Shown in pieces: positions 29,328-37,679 of a stretch of 41,663 bases of DNA. The notes below the pieces were generated by a model. The model had not been told where the DNA came from, did not search any database, and saw only the letters and a list, made by a program, of their open reading frames with translations. The translations under genes were made by a program, and so were the position numbers. Every line of letters starts with the position of its first letter. Within the stretch, counting starts at the first letter, position 1. The stretch covers positions 1-41,663 of the forward strand of contig JBDRMG010000017.1 of NCBI GenBank assembly GCA_043812495.1. Direction: 5' to 3'. This DNA is from Candidatus Omnitrophota bacterium. Its GTDB lineage: Bacteria > Omnitrophota > Gorgyraeia > Zapsychrales > JBDRMG01.

Positions 29328-29770
29328 TATTTCTTTGTAACCCAAACCCTGACTTTGGCCTCTATGCTCGGATGCAGCTTGACCGCAGCCTCATAAATGC
29401 CCAGTTCTTCGATCGGTTTTTCGAGCGTAATAAATTTTTTGTCGATCGAAAAGCCTTCTGTTTCTAATGCCTTGGCGATGTCCACTTCCGTAATCGACCC
29501 ATATAACTTTTCTAAATCATTGACTTCGACAGCGACCGTGCAGGATGCGCTCGAGAGCTTCTCGGCTAATTCCTGAGCATCTTTTTTGGCTTTTTCTTCG
29601 AAAGCAAGCTTCTTGGCTTTTTCTTTCTCAATTTTCCTAAGATTTTCCGATGTTGTTAAAAAAGCCATTTTGCGAGGCAAAAGATAATTACGGGCATACC
29701 CGTCTTTCACTTTGATAATATCTCCTGTTTTCCCTAATAATTGAATATCTTGACAAAGGATCACTTCCAT
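29327..29770 (-). CDS. rplI: 50S ribosomal protein bL9
   Basis: MEVIL..LGKTGD..VKDGYARNYL, KLYGSIT. Confidence 0.97.
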   Translation of the reverse strand: MEVILCQDIQLLGKTGDIIKVKDGYARNYLLPRKMAFLTTSENLRKIEKEKAKKLAFEEKAKKDAQELAEKLSSASCTVAVEVNDLEKLYGSITEVDIAKALETEGFSIDKKFITLEKPIEELGIYEAAVKLHPSIEAKVRVWVTKK

Positions 29771-29786
29771 TTTAACTCCTTTAATG

Positions 29787-29847
29787 ACGACACACCTTAT
29801 GCCTGGCCTGCCTTCAGGCAGGGAGACCGAAGGACGGCATAAGTCGT
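29787..29847. repeat. Nested palindrome between rpsR and rplI
   Basis: cttatgcc (29796-29803)/ggcataag (29836-29843) enclose cctgcc-ttca-ggcagg (29807-29822). Confidence 0.6.
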
Positions 29848-29885
29848 TTGTCGGGATTGGCTCCTTATTAAATGCAATAAATAGA

Positions 29886-30155
29886 TTACCACTGCGACCG
29901 CCTCTGCGGTACAGCGGAAATCAATCCCAAGAACCTTGACTTTTTGAGTTCGCGGCAAATAGCTCTTTGTTGTTTTGCGGTTACGCCTGAAATCCGACGG
30001 GATAAGATCTTTCCGCGATCCGTCACATACTTTCTCAAAAGATTGAAATCTTTATAGTCGATCTTAGTATCTTTAGCAATCTTAAATTTTCCGGGCGCTC
30101 TTCTGCTTGTAAAACTTCTTTTTTCCTTCCTGTCGGGTCTTCTACTCGACGACAT
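29886..30155 (-). CDS. rpsR: 30S ribosomal protein bS18 (form without Zn ligands)
   Basis: IDYKD..LL.KYVTDRGKILSRRISG..AKQQR; start at ATG 30155 after GAGG. Confidence 0.95.
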   Translation of the reverse strand: MSSSRRPDRKEKRSFTSRRAPGKFKIAKDTKIDYKDFNLLRKYVTDRGKILSRRISGVTAKQQRAICRELKKSRFLGLISAVPQRRSQW

Positions 30156-30585
30156 TTTCCTCTTCATCCCATGTCACGCTTTCGTTTTTCGGCATAGGTT
30201 CAGCGGTCTCACGAGATCCGGGACCATTGCCTGAAGCCGCGGGCGTACTATGATTGCGGGCATTCAAGAATTGAATTCGTTCGGCCCTGATGTCAATAGT
30301 GCTTTTTTTCTGACCATCAGCGCCCTCCCATTGTCTGGACTGCAAACGTCCTTCGACAAAAACAGGACGTCCTTTTTGAAGATACTGATTGCACACCTCG
30401 GCTTGGCGATCCCATGCCGTAACGGTGATAAAGCACGTTTCTTCTTTTGGCTCTCCGGCTTTATCCTTGTATCGTCGATTGACGGCCAACCGTAAATTAG
30501 CCACAGCTACGCCGCTAGGGGTATAGCGCAATTCAGGATCTTTTGTTAAGTTGCCAATTAATAAAACCTTGTTTAAACTTGCCAT
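30142..30585 (-). CDS. ssb: Single-stranded DNA-binding protein
   Basis: LNKVLLIGNLTKDPELRYTPSG, KGRPVFVEGRLQ; rpsF-ssb-rpsR synteny; AAGGAGG SD. Confidence 0.96.
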   Translation of the reverse strand: MASLNKVLLIGNLTKDPELRYTPSGVAVANLRLAVNRRYKDKAGEPKEETCFITVTAWDRQAEVCNQYLQKGRPVFVEGRLQSRQWEGADGQKKSTIDIRAERIQFLNARNHSTPAASGNGPGSRETAEPMPKNESVTWDEEENVVE

Positions 30586-30616
30586 GGATGCCTCCTTGTC
30601 AATTGAGCGATCGAAC

Positions 30617-30907
30617 TTATTCTTGAGATTGGAAAATAGCGAAACGAAGGATATCTTCATTCAGGCTCAAGGCCCGCTTGACCTTTTCAATTACGCTTGT
30701 GGCTGATTCAAAAACAGTCAAGTAATAAGACCCTTCCCATTGTCGCTTAATGGTAAAAGCCATTTTTTGCTTATCCAGCCAAAGTTGATTGTTAATAATT
30801 TTTGCTCCGCTTTTTGTGACCGCATCCGCCACTTGATTGTTGATTTCTTCTTTCTTCTCGTCTTCAAGCTGAGCATCAAGAATGACTACTAACTCATACT
30901 TACTCAT
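30617..30907 (-). CDS. rpsF: 30S ribosomal protein bS6
   Basis: KYELVVIL, MAFTIK..EGSY, EDILRF; synteny. Confidence 0.92.
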   Translation of the reverse strand: MSKYELVVILDAQLEDEKKEEINNQVADAVTKSGAKIINNQLWLDKQKMAFTIKRQWEGSYYLTVFESATSVIEKVKRALSLNEDILRFAIFQSQE

Positions 30908-30927
30908 TGCGTGTCCTTTTTGTTGAT

Positions 30928-31524
30928 TCAGATTTGTTGATCATGTTTGTTTTTTCTGTTAAAACGACTCATGCTCCGGGTTGTGCCTTCTTGAATCCAT
31001 AAACGACAGCACCCCAGCGCCTCTTCGATTATTCCCTCCAGCTTCTTTTTTTCCTGTGATCCAAATTCCGAAAGAACATAATCGCTTGCTTCTTGGCCGG
31101 GAGGACATCGTCCGATTCCTAATCTCAGGCGCGCGAATTCTTTGGTTCTGAGTTGTTCAATCAGGGATTCAAGACCCTTATGCCCCCCGCTGCTTCCTTG
31201 CGCTTTGAGTCGCAAAACGCCAAAGTCCAGATCAAGATCATCGCAGACGACTAAAATATTCTCGAGAGCAATCTTCTTCTTCTGAACAAAGGCCTTCACC
31301 GCACGTCCTGAGAGATTCATGAAAGTCAGGGGCAAAAGGAAATAAACCTTCTCATCGTCAACCGTTGTGCGGGCCACAAAACTTTTAAAGATCAAACTTT
31401 TCTTAAAGCGGCACCGGTTCTCTTGGACCAATTGTTCAAGCACAAGAAAACCAAAATTATGTCGGGTACGAGTATAAGCCTTGCCCGGATTTCCGAGGCC
31501 AACAATAACACGCGTTTGCGGCAA
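30928..31524 (-). CDS. pth: Peptidyl-tRNA hydrolase
   Basis: IVGLGNPG..Y..TRHNFGF, PLTFMNLSG, DDLDL, GSSGGHKG, RLRLGIG. Confidence 0.96.
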   Translation of the reverse strand: MPQTRVIVGLGNPGKAYTRTRHNFGFLVLEQLVQENRCRFKKSLIFKSFVARTTVDDEKVYFLLPLTFMNLSGRAVKAFVQKKKIALENILVVCDDLDLDFGVLRLKAQGSSGGHKGLESLIEQLRTKEFARLRLGIGRCPPGQEASDYVLSEFGSQEKKKLEGIIEEALGCCRLWIQEGTTRSMSRFNRKNKHDQQI

Positions 31525-31527
31525 AGT

Positions 31528-32268
31528 TTATTTTTCCTCTGCCTTGGCTTCTTTTGCCTTGGCTTCTTTTGGTTTTTCAGCGGCCTTTGACTTGTCCGTG
31601 GCCGTGGCTCCTTCAGCGGACTCTTCTTTCTTCTTCTCTCGAATGACTTCCGGCTCCTCAGGGCCTTCGGCAACCTCAGCCGCTTCAAGTTCTTCTTTTC
31701 TCGGGGGAACCACCGTGACAACAATCCCTTCCGGATCATGTTTCGTTTTGACGCCCTCCGGCAAAAAAAGATCCTTGACGTGAATACTCTCATTGAGTCC
31801 CAGCTGAGCTACATTCACTTCAATATTCTGGGGAATTTTCGTTGGTAAGCAGACCACTTCTAATTCCCATAAGTGTTGATCCAAAGAACCGGCGTCTTTC
31901 TTCACGCCGACAGCCTCGCCTTTGACGACAATAGGAACCTGCACCTGCAATTCCTTCGTCAGGGAGATCCGATGAAAATCCACATGCAATATTTTATCCG
32001 TCACCGAATCAAGCTGAATTTCTTTGATGATCGTAGAATAGTCTTTGAGTTTTTTATCGCCATCCAAAACATTCAAGTGAAGAACAATGCTTTCACCCTT
32101 GTGTTGGCGCTCGATACGCTCAAAGGTCCCCCGGTCAATTTTGACCACGGTCGGCTTTTGGCTTTCTCCGTAAACGACCGCCGGAATAAAATTATTCTTG
32201 CGGATCTCTCGAGAACCCCGCGTTCCCACTTCATTTCTGATTTGTACATCAAGTTTTAATTCTTCCAT
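31528..32268 (-). CDS. rplY: 50S ribosomal protein bL25/Ctc (long form)
   Basis: IPAVVYG, ILHVDF, GEAVGVK, EPEVI plus Ala/Glu/Lys tail. Confidence 0.95.
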   Translation of the reverse strand: MEELKLDVQIRNEVGTRGSREIRKNNFIPAVVYGESQKPTVVKIDRGTFERIERQHKGESIVLHLNVLDGDKKLKDYSTIIKEIQLDSVTDKILHVDFHRISLTKELQVQVPIVVKGEAVGVKKDAGSLDQHLWELEVVCLPTKIPQNIEVNVAQLGLNESIHVKDLFLPEGVKTKHDPEGIVVTVVPPRKEELEAAEVAEGPEEPEVIREKKKEESAEGATATDKSKAAEKPKEAKAKEAKAEEK

Positions 32269-32289
32269 TGTTTGTTAACCACCCTTTTC

Positions 32290-33234
32290 TTATGTTTCGT
32301 CAAATAAGCAACTGACGGATTGTTCCATATGGATCCTTTTGATCGCCTCAGCCAATAAGGAAGCAACGGTTAAAACCTTGATTTTAGGATCCTTTTTCTC
32401 TTCACCCAAAGGAATACTGTCGGTAATCACCAATTCCTTCAAGGCCTTACAATTGTGTATTCGGGAAATCGCCTGCCCTGATAGGATTCCGTGGCTGACC
32501 GCGGCATACGATTGGCTGACGCCTTTCTTCTTCAAGGCCTCAACGGCTTCGACAATCGAACCGGCGGTCGCGACGATATCATCCACAAGGATAGCTGTTT
32601 TTCCCTTGACGTTTCCGAGAATATGCATGACTTCTGTTTTTTCTGGACTTGTACGGCGTTTATCCACGATCGCCAAGCAGGCGTTAAGTCTTTTGGCATA
32701 GGCCCGCGCCATCTTAATGCCGCCCACATCAGGCGAAACCACGACAATATCTCTTATTTTCTTGCGTTTAAAATAATCCGCAAACACATTGATCGCATAC
32801 AAATGATCCACCGGAATATCAAAAAAACCTTGAATTTGACTAGCATGCAAATCCATGGTCAAAATACGATTGGCGCCCGCTGCCGTCAACATATTCGCCA
32901 CAAGTTTGGCGGTGATCGGAACGCGGGGCTGATCCTTCCTGTCCTGCCGTGCATAACCATAATAAGGAATCACGGCCGTGATTCTTTTGGCGGAAGCCCG
33001 TCGGGCCGCATCGATCAAAATCATTAATTCCATGATATTCTCATTGGGCGGCGGACAGGTCGGCTGAATAATAAAAACGTCTTTACCGCGGATATTTTCT
33101 TTGAGCTGAACACGAATTTCTCCTTCGCTAAATCGTCCGACAAAAACTTCTGTTGGGCTCACCTTTAATTTCTGACATATCTTTTTGGCGAGTTGAGGAT
33201 TCGCGAGTCCTGGAAAAATGGCTAAATTATTCAT
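32290..33234 (-). CDS. prs: Ribose-phosphate pyrophosphokinase
   Basis: FSEGE, PYYGYARQDRK, DLHASQIQGFF, VSPDVGG, DDIVATAGS. Confidence 0.97.
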   Translation of the reverse strand: MNNLAIFPGLANPQLAKKICQKLKVSPTEVFVGRFSEGEIRVQLKENIRGKDVFIIQPTCPPPNENIMELMILIDAARRASAKRITAVIPYYGYARQDRKDQPRVPITAKLVANMLTAAGANRILTMDLHASQIQGFFDIPVDHLYAINVFADYFKRKKIRDIVVVSPDVGGIKMARAYAKRLNACLAIVDKRRTSPEKTEVMHILGNVKGKTAILVDDIVATAGSIVEAVEALKKKGVSQSYAAVSHGILSGQAISRIHNCKALKELVITDSIPLGEEKKDPKIKVLTVASLLAEAIKRIHMEQSVSCLFDET

Positions 33235-34493
33235 TTGATCGTTCTCCTTGAAATCATTCTTGCGGGAACCCCGACGACAATGCTTTCTTTAGGGATCGTT
33301 TGATTCCTCGTGACCACAGAACCGGCTCCTGTAACGGCTTTTTCTCCGATGGAAAGCGGCGCAATGAGAATCGAGTCCGATCCGATAAAAGCATCATCCG
33401 CAATGCGCGTCGTGTTTTTATCTTTTCCGTCAAAATTGGCCGTGACGACCCCTGCGCCAATATTCACTCGATCGCCCACAATAGCGTCGCCCAAAAAGCT
33501 AAAATGCTTCATAAAACAGTTCTTACCCATTTTCGCGCGCGATACTTCGGTAAAATTTCCGACCTCGGTTTCATCAGCAATGCGCACACCCGAACGGATA
33601 TGACAGAAAGGCCCGATCTTACAGCGTCGGCCGATGAGCACATCACCCTCGATGATCGAGAAAGGATAAATCGTTGTCTCTTGCCCGATAGTAACATCGT
33701 GATCGATAAAAACCGTATCCGCATCGCGAATCGCCACGCCCTGATGCATCAGGCGATCCAGGATCCTTTGACGCATGATCTTTTCGGCTCTGAGCAAATC
33801 TTGGCGCGTGTTGATACCAAGTCCCTCGGTCGCATCCTCGGTTTGAAGAGTTTCGACCTTGGCGTTATTGTGCACAAGAAACTCAACAACATCGGTTAAA
33901 TAAAATTCTTTCTTTTTTTGATTGAGATTAACGGCCTTGACGGCTTTCTGAAGTATCTGGCTGCGAAAACAATAAACGCCCGTGTTGATCTCTTTGATGG
34001 ATTTCTCATCCTCAAGGGTATCTTTTTCTTCCCGAATAGCCAAAATAGAATTATTCAATCCCCGGATAATGCGACCGTATCCTCTTGGGTCATTGACGGC
34101 GCACGAAAGAAGCGTGCAATCCGCCTTGGTCTGTTGATGGAATTTGATCAATCGACCGATTGTTTCCTTGGTTAAAAGCGGAGTATCAGCGCAGAGAACA
34201 AGAATATCGCCCTTAAAACCCTTTATCAAAGGAAGGGTTTGCTTGACAGCGTCCGCGGTTCCCAATAGTTTTCTTTGGATCACAACGCGCATATTCTTCT
34301 GAAGCTGTCTTTTGATAAGATCGCTTTGATGTCCCAAGACGATATATGTTTTCAAAGAGCCGAGCGAGCGGACGAGATCCGTATTATATTGAATCATCGG
34401 TCGTCCGCAGAGTGAATGTAAAATTTTCGGCGTTGCGGATTTCATCCGTACGCTTTTTCCTGCTGCGAGTATAATGACATTCAATGATTGCAT
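33231..34493 (-). CDS. glmU: Bifunctional GlmU (NTP-transferase plus hexapeptide acetyltransferase)
   Basis: IILAAGKSVRMKS..PK.LH, LLGTADAV, GYGRIIR, EINTGVY, EFYLTD, NFDGKDK; start at MQSLNV. Confidence 0.92.
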   Translation of the reverse strand: MQSLNVIILAAGKSVRMKSATPKILHSLCGRPMIQYNTDLVRSLGSLKTYIVLGHQSDLIKRQLQKNMRVVIQRKLLGTADAVKQTLPLIKGFKGDILVLCADTPLLTKETIGRLIKFHQQTKADCTLLSCAVNDPRGYGRIIRGLNNSILAIREEKDTLEDEKSIKEINTGVYCFRSQILQKAVKAVNLNQKKKEFYLTDVVEFLVHNNAKVETLQTEDATEGLGINTRQDLLRAEKIMRQRILDRLMHQGVAIRDADTVFIDHDVTIGQETTIYPFSIIEGDVLIGRRCKIGPFCHIRSGVRIADETEVGNFTEVSRAKMGKNCFMKHFSFLGDAIVGDRVNIGAGVVTANFDGKDKNTTRIADDAFIGSDSILIAPLSIGEKAVTGAGSVVTRNQTIPKESIVVGVPARMISRRTIK

Positions 34494-34597
34494 GGTCTTA
34501 TTGGTTGAAGTGCTGCCCAAACTTGACTTCTGACGAAATGTGAAACACAAAAAAGTGATGTTTCTGATTAAACTTTATAAACTTCGCAAAAGGACAT

Positions 34598-34843
34598 TTA
34601 TGATTTCTTGGCATCTCTTTTACTGATGCATAGCTGACTTTTAGCTTTAAACGCCGGATATACTAAGTTATCGTCAATGGCTAACCTATCTAAATGCTTT
34701 TTAACTTCCTTTAATAATCTAATGGTTTTCCGGCAGGATACACAAGATTTATCTCTACCGTGTTCCATTGTCACTAAGTAAATTGCAGCCTCTAACGCGT
34801 CATCAAATGTCATTTGGTTTGGGTTTTTATATTTTCTCGCCAC
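34598..34843 (-). CDS. Small hypothetical protein with CxxC
   Basis: 81-aa GTG-start ORF beginning 2 nt after the reconstructed GIY-YIG stop; AT-rich; no family recognised. Confidence 0.45.
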   Translation of the reverse strand: MARKYKNPNQMTFDDALEAAIYLVTMEHGRDKSCVSCRKTIRLLKEVKKHLDRLAIDDNLVYPAFKAKSQLCISKRDAKKS

Positions 34844-34845
34844 AG

Positions 34846-35112
34846 TTACAACTTTTTGAGTTTATCTTTATCGCCGTCGATTAATGCTAATTTCTTACAT
34901 CGTGTCCAACCTTTAATTTAAGCCCCACGTTTTAAAGCCTCTTGTTTTGTTAAATAGGCTTCTCGATAAACAATATCAATCGCACCTAGAGATTTTGCGT
35001 AATGTCCACCTTTACCCGAACGATGTTCTCTCAGTCGACGATCCAAATTATTGGTTATTCCCGTATAAAGACTCAAATCTTCACATTGAATAATATACAT
35101 ATATCATGTCAT
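34846..35112 (-). pseudogene. GIY-YIG endonuclease (UPF0213/YhbQ-like) pseudogene
   Basis: One 89-codon frame MT*YMYIIQCEDLSLYTGITNNLDRRLREH...EALKRGA*IKGWTRCKKLALIDGD...; in-frame TGA (35104-35106) at the usual Trp and TAA (34918-34920) at the usual Gln. Confidence 0.85.
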
Positions 35113-35216
35113 GGTTCGACTCGCCCCTTCGGGGCTCGCTCACCACACTTCGCCTCGATCAAAGGCATCTTACCTTTTAACTTGCACTGAGCGAGGCCGA
35201 AGGCCGAGTCGAAGTG
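35112..35216. repeat. Inverted pair of REP-like units (TTCGACTCG-hairpin-CTCGCTCA)
   Basis: Unit 1, plus strand 35112-35145: tggTTCGACTCGccccttcggggCTCGCTCAcca. Unit 2, minus strand 35185-35216: cacTTCGACTCGgccttcggcCTCGCTCAgtg. Confidence 0.8.
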
Positions 35217-35287
35217 CTGCCCAGCCAGGATTCGAACCTGGAAAACGAGATCCAAATTCTCGCGTGTTACCATTACACCACCGGGCA
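35217..35287 (-). tRNA. tRNA-Gln(TTG)
   Basis: Acceptor stem TGCCCGG/CTGGGCA (U1-A72), D arm GTGTAATGGTAACAC, anticodon arm CGAGA-ATTTGGA-TCTCG, T arm CCAGG-TTCGAAT-CCTGG; CCA not encoded. Confidence 0.93.
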
Positions 35288-35301
35288 AAAGAACAAATGA
35301 A

Positions 35302-35721
35302 TTATGAGACCGCTTTTCCTGGAGGATTCCCTTGCCTGGACGATCCTTTGGCGGCCTCTTCTTTGTAGGCCTCCAAGATCTTTGTCTGGAGATATTCGCG
35401 AAAATGCTGAGTGACCGGATGAGCAATATCGCGATGCTCTGCCTTTGCGTCTGGTTCTGCCGCAGTGGCTGACGGGCTTTTTTCAGGTAGGCTCGCCCCG
35501 CATTTATTGCAAAATTTGCTTCCTACTTCGTTCTTAAAACCACATTTGGGGCAGGGAGATTTCATCTTGCGAGAAGGCATGGCAATGAATAATCCATTGG
35601 ACCCTTGGATCACCTTGATGTTGCGCACGACAAAGGCATTATCAAAGGTCACCGTGGTGTACGCCTTCAATTTCTTGTCTTGGCCTTCTTTAAGAAAGAC
35701 CCTTATTTCTGTAATCTCCAT
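35302..35721 (-). CDS. spoVG: SpoVG-family nucleic-acid-binding protein with zinc-ribbon insertion
   Basis: MEITEIRV..KLKAY..VTFDNAFVVRNIKVIQG.NGLFIAMPSRK ... RDIAHPV; AGGAGG SD. Confidence 0.92.
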   Translation of the reverse strand: MEITEIRVFLKEGQDKKLKAYTTVTFDNAFVVRNIKVIQGSNGLFIAMPSRKMKSPCPKCGFKNEVGSKFCNKCGASLPEKSPSATAAEPDAKAEHRDIAHPVTQHFREYLQTKILEAYKEEAAKGSSRQGNPPGKAVS

Positions 35722-35738
35722 GGCTGCGTTCCTCCTTT

Positions 35739-36593
35739 TCACAAGGTCCTAACGATAAAAACCCGCTGATACCTTTTTTTGAGCAAAACAGCGTATTGTT
35801 TAGCTTCACGCTTTGATCCGACAACGGCAAAAAGAGCTGAACCGCTCCCTGAAAGGACAGCATTTGATGCAAGTTTTCCAAGAGTCTTCTTTAATTGAAA
35901 AAGCTTTGGATACTGCTTGAAAACAACTGTTTCTAAATCATTTGAAAGAAGTTTTCCAAGGCAAACCGAGTCCTTCTTTCTCAAAGCATGAGTTAAAATA
36001 TTAACATCATCATATCCCTTTGTCAACTGCAATTTAAATGCTCCAAATGCCTCGCGTGAATAGACTTTTAGCGCTGGGACAACCAAAATATGCCATACTT
36101 TTTGCTTTAAATTGAGCCTCTGGATTTCGTCTCCTCTCTTTCGTCCGATGGCCCAACTGCAGTCATGCAAGAAAAAGGGGATATCGCTTCCGAGAGTTTT
36201 TGCATACTCAATCAATTCCTCTCTTTTAAGGTTTAATTTCCAGAGTTTATTTAGACCTAAAAGAGCTGTGGCTGCATTACTCGAGCCTCCGGCCAAGCCA
36301 GCTGCGATAGGGATATTCTTTCGGATGGTGATATCAACGCCGTCAAGAAGAGCGAACTCTTCTTTCAGGAGGCGGGCGGCTTTATAAGCGAGGTTTTTTG
36401 GCCCTTTTGGCACATGCGCATCCTGGCAGAAGATGCGAATCTTTCCCGACTTATTAAGTCGCAAACATATTTGATCGCACAAATCAATCCGCTCAAAAAG
36501 GGTCACCAGATCGTGATACCCGTCTGTTCTTTTCTTAATGATTTTTAGAAAAAGATTGAGTTTGGCAGGAGATCGAAGAGAAATGCTTTTCAT
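35739..36593 (-). CDS. ispE: 4-diphosphocytidyl-2-C-methyl-D-erythritol kinase
   Basis: SPAKLNLFL, GYHDL, KNIPIAAGLAGGSSNAA, LGSDIPFF, NDLE, LSGSGS. Confidence 0.96.
   Translation of the reverse strand: MKSISLRSPAKLNLFLKIIKKRTDGYHDLVTLFERIDLCDQICLRLNKSGKIRIFCQDAHVPKGPKNLAYKAARLLKEEFALLDGVDITIRKNIPIAAGLAGGSSNAATALLGLNKLWKLNLKREELIEYAKTLGSDIPFFLHDCSWAIGRKRGDEIQRLNLKQKVWHILVVPALKVYSREAFGAFKLQLTKGYDDVNILTHALRKKDSVCLGKLLSNDLETVVFKQYPKLFQLKKTLGKLASNAVLSGSGSALFAVVGSKREAKQYAVLLKKRYQRVFIVRTL
35998..36026 (-). promoter_or_regulatory. Candidate internal promoter within ispE
   Basis: TTGACA-N17-TAATAT with a TGn extended -10, pointing to spoVG/tRNA-Gln. Confidence 0.55.
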
Positions 36594-36664
36594 GGAGGTC
36601 GATGATCAATCCATTCGCTTGAAATTGAGCTGAAGGTTATGCTACTGCCGACGTTAAAAAATAA

Positions 36665-37663
36665 TTAAAGCGCTTGCTCACCTTTTTTGAGGGCCTTGAG
36701 CTTATTGATGATGCCTTCCCGGTCTGGAGCTAATTCAAGCGACTTTTCCCAGTTTTTCTTGGCGCTATCCTTCTGTCCCATCTTATAATAAACATCGCCT
36801 AAATGCTCTAAGATAATCGTATCCGCAAAAAACGAATTGGCCTGTTCAAGGGACTCCAAGGCCTTTTCATACATACCTTTTTTGTAATAAATCCACCCCA
36901 GGCTATCTAAGAAAGCGCCGTTTTCCGGTTCGATGGTTAATGCCCTTTGGATCAGTTCGATCGCCTCATCCAGATGAACACCATCTTCGGCATAAATATA
37001 CGCAATGGAGTTCAGGCTATTTTGATGGTCGGGATCAAGCGAAATCGCCTTCTTGAAGTAGATGACCGCTTCGTCTCGTTGATTCAAATCAATACAAAGG
37101 GATCCCAGCAAAAAAATGATTTCGACATTATCCGGCTCGAGCTTTGAGATGAGTTTGAATTGCTCAAGGGCCTTGTCAAATTTGTTCTGGGAGTAGTAGA
37201 GTTGCCCTAAATAGGCATAGATTTCTATGCTTTCCCGATCCGTATGAGGAAAATTCACAAGGATTTTCTCGTATTCTAAAGCGGCCTTGTCAAATTCTCC
37301 TTGTGCCGAATAAATCAAGGCCAGAAGATAATAGGTTTGAAAACTCTTTGGGTTAATGTCTTGGGCATGCCCAAGAGTTTTGACGGCGTTATCAAATTGA
37401 CCGACGCGTGCGTAATTAGCCCCTAACTTTAAATTTATCGCAAAACTATCCGGATCAAAACGCAAGGCTTTCTCATATTCTGAGATCGCTTCTGTCGTCA
37501 AATCATACCAGTCAAAAACGAGGCCCATCAGATAATGTGTAATGCTCTGAGCGGTAGGTTTTTCTTGAGAGGCGGCAAACGTCTCTTGCGATGAAAGGCA
37601 AATAAGGAAAGTCAGGCCAATGATCCAGATCAAGGTCCATCTGGCCTTTGCGAAAAATGTCAT
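36665..37663 (-). CDS. Exported tetratricopeptide-repeat protein
   Basis: Signal peptide, multiple TPRs, FLDSLGWIYY..G, ILEHLGDVY. Confidence 0.9.
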   Translation of the reverse strand: MTFFAKARWTLIWIIGLTFLICLSSQETFAASQEKPTAQSITHYLMGLVFDWYDLTTEAISEYEKALRFDPDSFAINLKLGANYARVGQFDNAVKTLGHAQDINPKSFQTYYLLALIYSAQGEFDKAALEYEKILVNFPHTDRESIEIYAYLGQLYYSQNKFDKALEQFKLISKLEPDNVEIIFLLGSLCIDLNQRDEAVIYFKKAISLDPDHQNSLNSIAYIYAEDGVHLDEAIELIQRALTIEPENGAFLDSLGWIYYKKGMYEKALESLEQANSFFADTIILEHLGDVYYKMGQKDSAKKNWEKSLELAPDREGIINKLKALKKGEQAL

Positions 37664-37679
37664 AAGCTTACGATGAACC

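Noticed and set aside
31528..31640. Repetitive sequence at the 3' end of rplY
   Set aside because: Ordinary low-complexity Ala/Glu/Lys tail of long-form bL25.
34846..35112. Stop-codon reassignment (TGA=Trp, TAA=Gln) to explain the in-frame stops in the GIY-YIG gene
   Set aside because: TGA and TAA terminate many conserved genes in this window at expected positions, and the catalytic Glu is also mutated; pseudogenisation is simpler.
35109..35426. 105-aa and 85-aa ORFs over the tRNA
   Set aside because: They overlap tRNA-Gln, the REP units and spoVG; spurious.
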